Under the pieces are notes generated by a model. That model worked only from the letters and a program-made list of their open reading frames with translations. It made no database searches and was not told the origin of the DNA. This document shows, piece after piece, positions 58,899 to 64,000 of a stretch of 64,000 nucleotides of DNA. A program made the translations under genes and the position numbers. Source of the stretch: Myxococcales bacterium (GTDB taxonomy: Bacteria > Myxococcota_A > UBA9042); the NCBI GenBank assembly GCA_037441385.1, contig JBBISH010000006.1, forward strand, positions 45,308 through 109,307, read 5' to 3'. Each line of letters opens with the position of its first letter. Positions within the stretch are counted from its first letter, which is position 1.

Positions 58899-59155
58899 TA
58901 GTTTCAAGCAGTAGAAAATGCCCCGCCGTGCTGGGTGGGTCGCCAAGCGCGCGTCCTCTTCGGCCGACGCGCGGCGACGCGACCCGAGCGAAGTCCGCGA
59001 TGATGTATTTCTATAGTTTCAAGTAGTAGAAATTGCCCCGCCGTGCTGGGTGGGTCGCCAAGCGCGCGCCCTGTCCGGCCGACGCGCGGCGACGCGACCC
59101 GAGCGAAGTCCGCGATGATGTATTTCTGTAGTTTCAAGTAGTAGAAAATGCCCCC
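58899..59155. repeat. 115-bp tandem repeat, 2 full copies plus a partial
   Basis: GTTTCAAG anchors at 58901, 59016 and 59131; units differ at only a few positions. Confidence 0.92.
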
Positions 59156-59296
59156 CAAGTTTCTGCCAACCTGCTGTCGTGTGCTGGCGCGTCATGGCTT
59201 CGTCGGTCGTTGGCCAGCAACGCTTGACTCATGCGCCCTTACGCGATAGACCCCTGCCCGCCCCGGCTGGCACCACGCCCGCACCCAGGAGTTCTG

Positions 59297-60691
59297 ATGA
59301 CCGCCCGCCCGTACATCTATGGCCCCACCTTTGACGAGATGCTGCACCCCGACACGATGCCGGCGGCCAAGCGCCAGAGCGCCCTGAACGCGCGCAAGAA
59401 CAACGACTTGCTGAACCCCGATCTGCTGTGGGACATCACCTGGCGCCGCCCCGACGGCAAGGTGCGCTGCCACGTGGTGCCCAAGGCGCTGACCGGCCTG
59501 GACTGCGACATCGTAGTGTTGCACGGCCACGGCTTCCCCACCGGCTCGCACAAGGTCGGCGCCACCTACTCGGGCGCGCTGGAGCGCCAGCTCAAGGGTG
59601 ACGTCACGCCGGGCGTGCATACGCTGGTGTGGCCGTCTACCGGCAACTACGGCATCGGCGGCGCCTGGGTCGGTCCGCGCATGGGCTACGAGTCCACCGT
59701 GATCCTGCCCGAAGAGATGAGCGCCGAGCGCTTCCAGCGCATCGAGAGCTACGGCGCCCACGTCATCAAGACGCCGGGCTGCGAGTCCAATGTCAAAGAG
59801 ATCTTTGACGCCTGCAAAGAGATCGCCAAGCGCGGCGAGATCCGCGTCCTGAACCAGTTCGAAGAGCTGGCCAACTACCGCTTCCACTGGCATGTCACCG
59901 GCAACTCGGCCTGCGACGCTGTAGAAGAGCTGGCGGCCGAAGGCAAAGTCGGCGGCAAGGTCGCGGCCTTCGTCTCGGCCATGGGCTCGGCGGGCACCAT
60001 CGCGGCGGGCGATCGCTGCAAGCAGCGCTACCACGAGTGCAAGATCGTGGGCCTGGAGCCGGTGCAGTGCCCCACGCTGTACAGCAACGGCTACGGCGGC
60101 CACGACATCCAGGGCATCGGCGACAAGCACGTCACCTGGATCCACAACGTGACCAACATGGACGCCCTGGCCTGCATCGACGACATCGAGTGCAAGCTGG
60201 TCCTGCAGGTGCTCACTGACGCCACCGGTCAGAAGTACCTCCGCGATCACCTGGGCTTGGCCGAGGACGATGTGCAGTTCTTTGGCAGCCAGGTCGGCAT
60301 CTCGGGCATCTGCAACATCCTGGGCGCCATCAAGACCGCCAAGCACTTCGGCCTCGGCAAGGGTCAGACCATCGTCACCGTCTGCACCGACGGCTTCGAT
60401 CGCTACCCCAGCGTGATGAAGCAGATGGCCGAGACCTATGGCCCGATCACCGAGATGGAGGCGCACGCGCGCATCCGCTCGATCTTGCTGAACCAGAAAA
60501 CCGATTACGTGCAAGAGGGTACGGTCATCAACCGCGCCCGCTGGCACCAGCTCAAGTACTACACTTGGGTCGAGCAGCAGGGCAAGACCGTCGCCGAGCT
60601 GGAGGCGATGCGCAGCCAGGACTTCTGGCTGGCCCAGCAGGCCAAGGTGGCCGAGGTCGACAAGGCCCAAAAGGCCGCGCGCGGCTTCTAA
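59297..60691 (+). CDS. PLP-dependent enzyme, fold type II (Trp synthase beta/Cys synthase superfamily)
   Basis: PTGSHKVG lysine motif, PSTGNYG, NQF, SAMGSAGT, HDIQGIG, GISGICN. Confidence 0.85.
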   Translation: MTARPYIYGPTFDEMLHPDTMPAAKRQSALNARKNNDLLNPDLLWDITWRRPDGKVRCHVVPKALTGLDCDIVVLHGHGFPTGSHKVGATYSGALERQLKGDVTPGVHTLVWPSTGNYGIGGAWVGPRMGYESTVILPEEMSAERFQRIESYGAHVIKTPGCESNVKEIFDACKEIAKRGEIRVLNQFEELANYRFHWHVTGNSACDAVEELAAEGKVGGKVAAFVSAMGSAGTIAAGDRCKQRYHECKIVGLEPVQCPTLYSNGYGGHDIQGIGDKHVTWIHNVTNMDALACIDDIECKLVLQVLTDATGQKYLRDHLGLAEDDVQFFGSQVGISGICNILGAIKTAKHFGLGKGQTIVTVCTDGFDRYPSVMKQMAETYGPITEMEAHARIRSILLNQKTDYVQEGTVINRARWHQLKYYTWVEQQGKTVAELEAMRSQDFWLAQQAKVAEVDKAQKAARGF

Positions 60692-60706
60692 CTTTACCGA
60701 CGCAGG

Positions 60707-60752
60707 CGCGGTCGCAGCAGCTTGGGACTGCTCGCGGCCGCGCGGCGTTTTT
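60707..60752 (+). terminator. Putative intrinsic terminator
   Basis: GCGCGGTCGCAGCAG ... CTGCTCGCGGCCGCGC stem followed by TTTTT. Confidence 0.45.
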
Positions 60753-60776
60753 CACTGACCTCTTCTGGAGTTCGCC

Positions 60777-61883
60777 GTGCCGCGCCGTCCCGCCCAAGTC
60801 ATCCTCTGCGGCCCCTTCCCCGAAGGCGGCGCCATCGGCGGCTACGCCCGCTGCAACAGCCTGATCGCCGGAAGTTTTTTGGACGACGAATTCGGCATCG
60901 CCAAGCTCGCCCTGACGGTGCCCGGCAACGGCGGACCGGCCAAGCGCATGGCCGAAGACATGAAACGGGCCGTCAGCGTCCTGCTGCGCGAGAAGGCCCC
61001 AGTCTTGCACCTGACCGCGCAGTACACCACCGGCACGCCGCGCGAGTACGCCATCTTCAAGATGGCCAAGGCCCACAAGCGCAAGTTCCTGCTCGACATT
61101 CGCGCCGGCTGGTTCATCGACATCTACAACGACCCCAAGGCGCCGGTGCGCCGCTGGATGCTGAGCGAGATGATCCGCGGCGCCGACGCGATCACCGTCG
61201 AGGGCCGCCGCTACATCCCCTGGCTCAAAGAGCATTTTGGCCGCGACGCCACCTACTTCTCCAACTTCGTGCTGGACCGCGAGCGCGAGCAGCGCCCCAC
61301 CGCGCCGCTGGTCCAGCCCGCGCCAGGTCAGCCGGTCGAACTGGTCTATGCCGGTCGCCTGGCCGAACTCAAGGGCATCGAAGAGGCCGTCGACGCCTGC
61401 GGAATCCTGCTGCAGCGCGGCGTCGCGGTGCGCCTGAACCTGGCCGGCAACGGCGACAAGGCCTTTACCGAGCCGCTGCAACGGCAGATCGATCGCCTGC
61501 CCGCCGGCACCGTGGTCCTGCACGGCACCCTGAGCCACAGCGGCGTGCTCGAACTGTTCAGCCGTAGCCACATGCTCGTCTTCCCTACCCGCTGGGTCGG
61601 CGAGGGCCACGCCAACGTGGTCAACGAGGCGATGCAATCCGGCCTGCCGCTCGTGACCACCCGCCAGGGCTTCTTGGGCGACGTCGTCACCCCCGAGTGC
61701 GGGGTGGTGCTCGACCAGGTGTCGCCGCAGACGGTCGCCGACGGCGTGGCCGCCCTGATCGCCGACTGGCCGCGCCTGCAGGCCGCCGGTCAAGCCGCTC
61801 GCGACCGCGTCTACAGCCAGTTCAGCGATCGCGTGGCCCTGACCGCGCTGGCCGGGGTGTACCGCACGCTATTGGCGAGTTAG
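60777..61883 (+). CDS. Glycosyltransferase family 4
   Basis: YAGRLAELKG, LVFPTRWVGEGHANVVNEAMQSGLP (Ex7E). Confidence 0.9.
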   Translation: MPRRPAQVILCGPFPEGGAIGGYARCNSLIAGSFLDDEFGIAKLALTVPGNGGPAKRMAEDMKRAVSVLLREKAPVLHLTAQYTTGTPREYAIFKMAKAHKRKFLLDIRAGWFIDIYNDPKAPVRRWMLSEMIRGADAITVEGRRYIPWLKEHFGRDATYFSNFVLDREREQRPTAPLVQPAPGQPVELVYAGRLAELKGIEEAVDACGILLQRGVAVRLNLAGNGDKAFTEPLQRQIDRLPAGTVVLHGTLSHSGVLELFSRSHMLVFPTRWVGEGHANVVNEAMQSGLPLVTTRQGFLGDVVTPECGVVLDQVSPQTVADGVAALIADWPRLQAAGQAARDRVYSQFSDRVALTALAGVYRTLLAS

Positions 61884-62021
61884 CGCTTGGGCGAGACGGC
61901 CCGCAGCAGTCGATCGGCCTCGCGCACTTGTCGGCCGGGCGGCATGCCTGTTACCTTGACGATTTTGCGCTAGGTTCGCGGCACGTCGTCGCACCTGCAG
62001 GCGCGGCGGCGTGGCACACGG

Positions 62022-63050
<1,029 letters not shown>

Positions 63051-63146
63051 CAATATCGTCGATCTGACACTTGGGCGCCGCGTGACCGGCACGACTGTCG
63101 CGACCGTGATCCGGCGTTCGTCCAAGCGGTGCGTGCAAAAACAACA

Positions 63147-63190
63147 ACCGCCGCGAGCACCCCGGGGGGTGGGCGCTCGCGACGGCTTTG
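63147..63190. terminator. Hairpin between convergent mreB and Tat-protein genes
   Basis: CCGCCGCGAGCACCC ... GGGCGCTCGCGACGG stem, A-rich flank on the left and TTT on the right. Confidence 0.5.
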
Positions 63191-63213
63191 AAGTTCAGAA
63201 CGACGACTGCGAA

Positions 63214-63702
63214 CTAGCCGACGGCAGAGTCGTCGTTGGTCGTGTGCAGTCCGCCGTGGACGCGCTGGCGCTTGGCCATCGTCAGCACGGTCTCGGGGAC
63301 CTGCTTGACGTTGCGGTCCAGGTGATCCGCCAGCGCGCGCAGGGCCACGTGGTGGTGGGCCTGGGTGGGCGCCGAGCCCTGGCCATTGTTGGCCAGGAAC
63401 AGATCGAAGCGGCGACCAGCGACCACCGGATTGGCCATGGCGCCCCCCAACCTGCTTCTTTGCCCAGAACGGCGGCAGGCCTCGACCAGCAGACGCTCGC
63501 CCGTCTGGTCGTGGCGCAACGTGATCGGCACGGCGCCCTTGTTTACGGCGCCAATCTGCTCGACGATCCAGTTGCCGGCCGGCAGCGAGCTCTGCCCGGC
63601 AGCGGCGGCGCTCTGGCCCTTGGAACCCACGGCGGCGACGGCGGCGGCAGCAGCAACCGAAGTGCCCAACAATGCGAGAAAATCGCGGCGAGATACAGAC
63701 AT
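63214..63702 (-). CDS. Small Tat-exported hypothetical protein
   Basis: Twin-arginine signal SRRDFL followed by a hydrophobic stretch; GGGGG RBS-like sequence upstream. Confidence 0.75.
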   Translation of the reverse strand: MSVSRRDFLALLGTSVAAAAAVAAVGSKGQSAAAAGQSSLPAGNWIVEQIGAVNKGAVPITLRHDQTGERLLVEACRRSGQRSRLGGAMANPVVAGRRFDLFLANNGQGSAPTQAHHHVALRALADHLDRNVKQVPETVLTMAKRQRVHGGLHTTNDDSAVG

Positions 63703-63796
63703 GACAAACCCCCGGAGGACGAACTCCCTGATGGTCAGTCTAAGGACGTACGTGCGCCGCTGTCAAACCAAATCAGCGATCGCCGCGGGGCGGCCA

Positions 63797-64000
63797 TGAC
63801 CCCACCCGTCGCGCTTGCCTGGCGAGCCTGGCCTGTGTCCCGCGCGCCCTTGGTCGAAGGGGCGGCAGCGACCTGGCCCGTGACCGCGGCTGCGTTGCGG
63901 CGCCACGCCCGCGTGGCCCTTGTGACGGCTGGCGATTTTCCGTCATCCCAGGGTCCGGCTTGGTGTGCCGCCGTCCGAGCAGCTGGGATGGTGGCCGGCA
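63797..64000 (+). CDS. Possible ORF start truncated by window edge
   Basis: ATG at 63797 open to the end (MTPPVALAWRAWP...); no recognisable motif. Confidence 0.3.

Noticed and set aside
58899..59155. Possible CRISPR mini-array (GTTTCAA start; reverse strand has AATTTCTACT and TTGAAAC)
   Set aside because: The intervening segments are about 88 bp and nearly identical rather than unique spacers, and no cas genes are present. Treated as a tandem repeat.

Overview
High-GC bacterial chromosomal segment. Gene content and the Cys-rich lipoproteins suggest Myxococcota (deltaproteobacteria); this placement is inference. The housekeeping backbone is trmL, rluD, a moaD-moaE fusion, uvrD/pcrA, hslO, a GspE/PilB ATPase, ttcA, alr, pilD, yajC-secD-secF-recJ, rpsB-tsf-pyrH-frr, pdxA and a stand-alone mreB. 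The most interesting accessory stretch is about 37.8-52.4 kb. It holds (i) a secreted fibre-like protein with phage-tail-fibre-type repeats; (ii) a microcompartment satellite operon with two EutN/CcmL pentamer genes, a class II aldolase and a frameshifted 5'-nucleotidase lipoprotein; and (iii) three different radical SAM enzymes: an MJ0619/Tes-like enzyme, a B12-binding enzyme, and a HemN-like enzyme fused in one ORF to a DAO/sarcosine-oxidase-type flavoprotein. Non-coding structure includes a 167-bp highly structured element present twice in inverted orientation, a 30-bp REP-like GC hairpin linked to TAGT-ended inverted repeats at two sites, and a 115-bp tandem repeat. No rRNA, tRNA, CRISPR array or transposase was recognised. 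All functional calls come from motifs recognised by eye, with no database searches.
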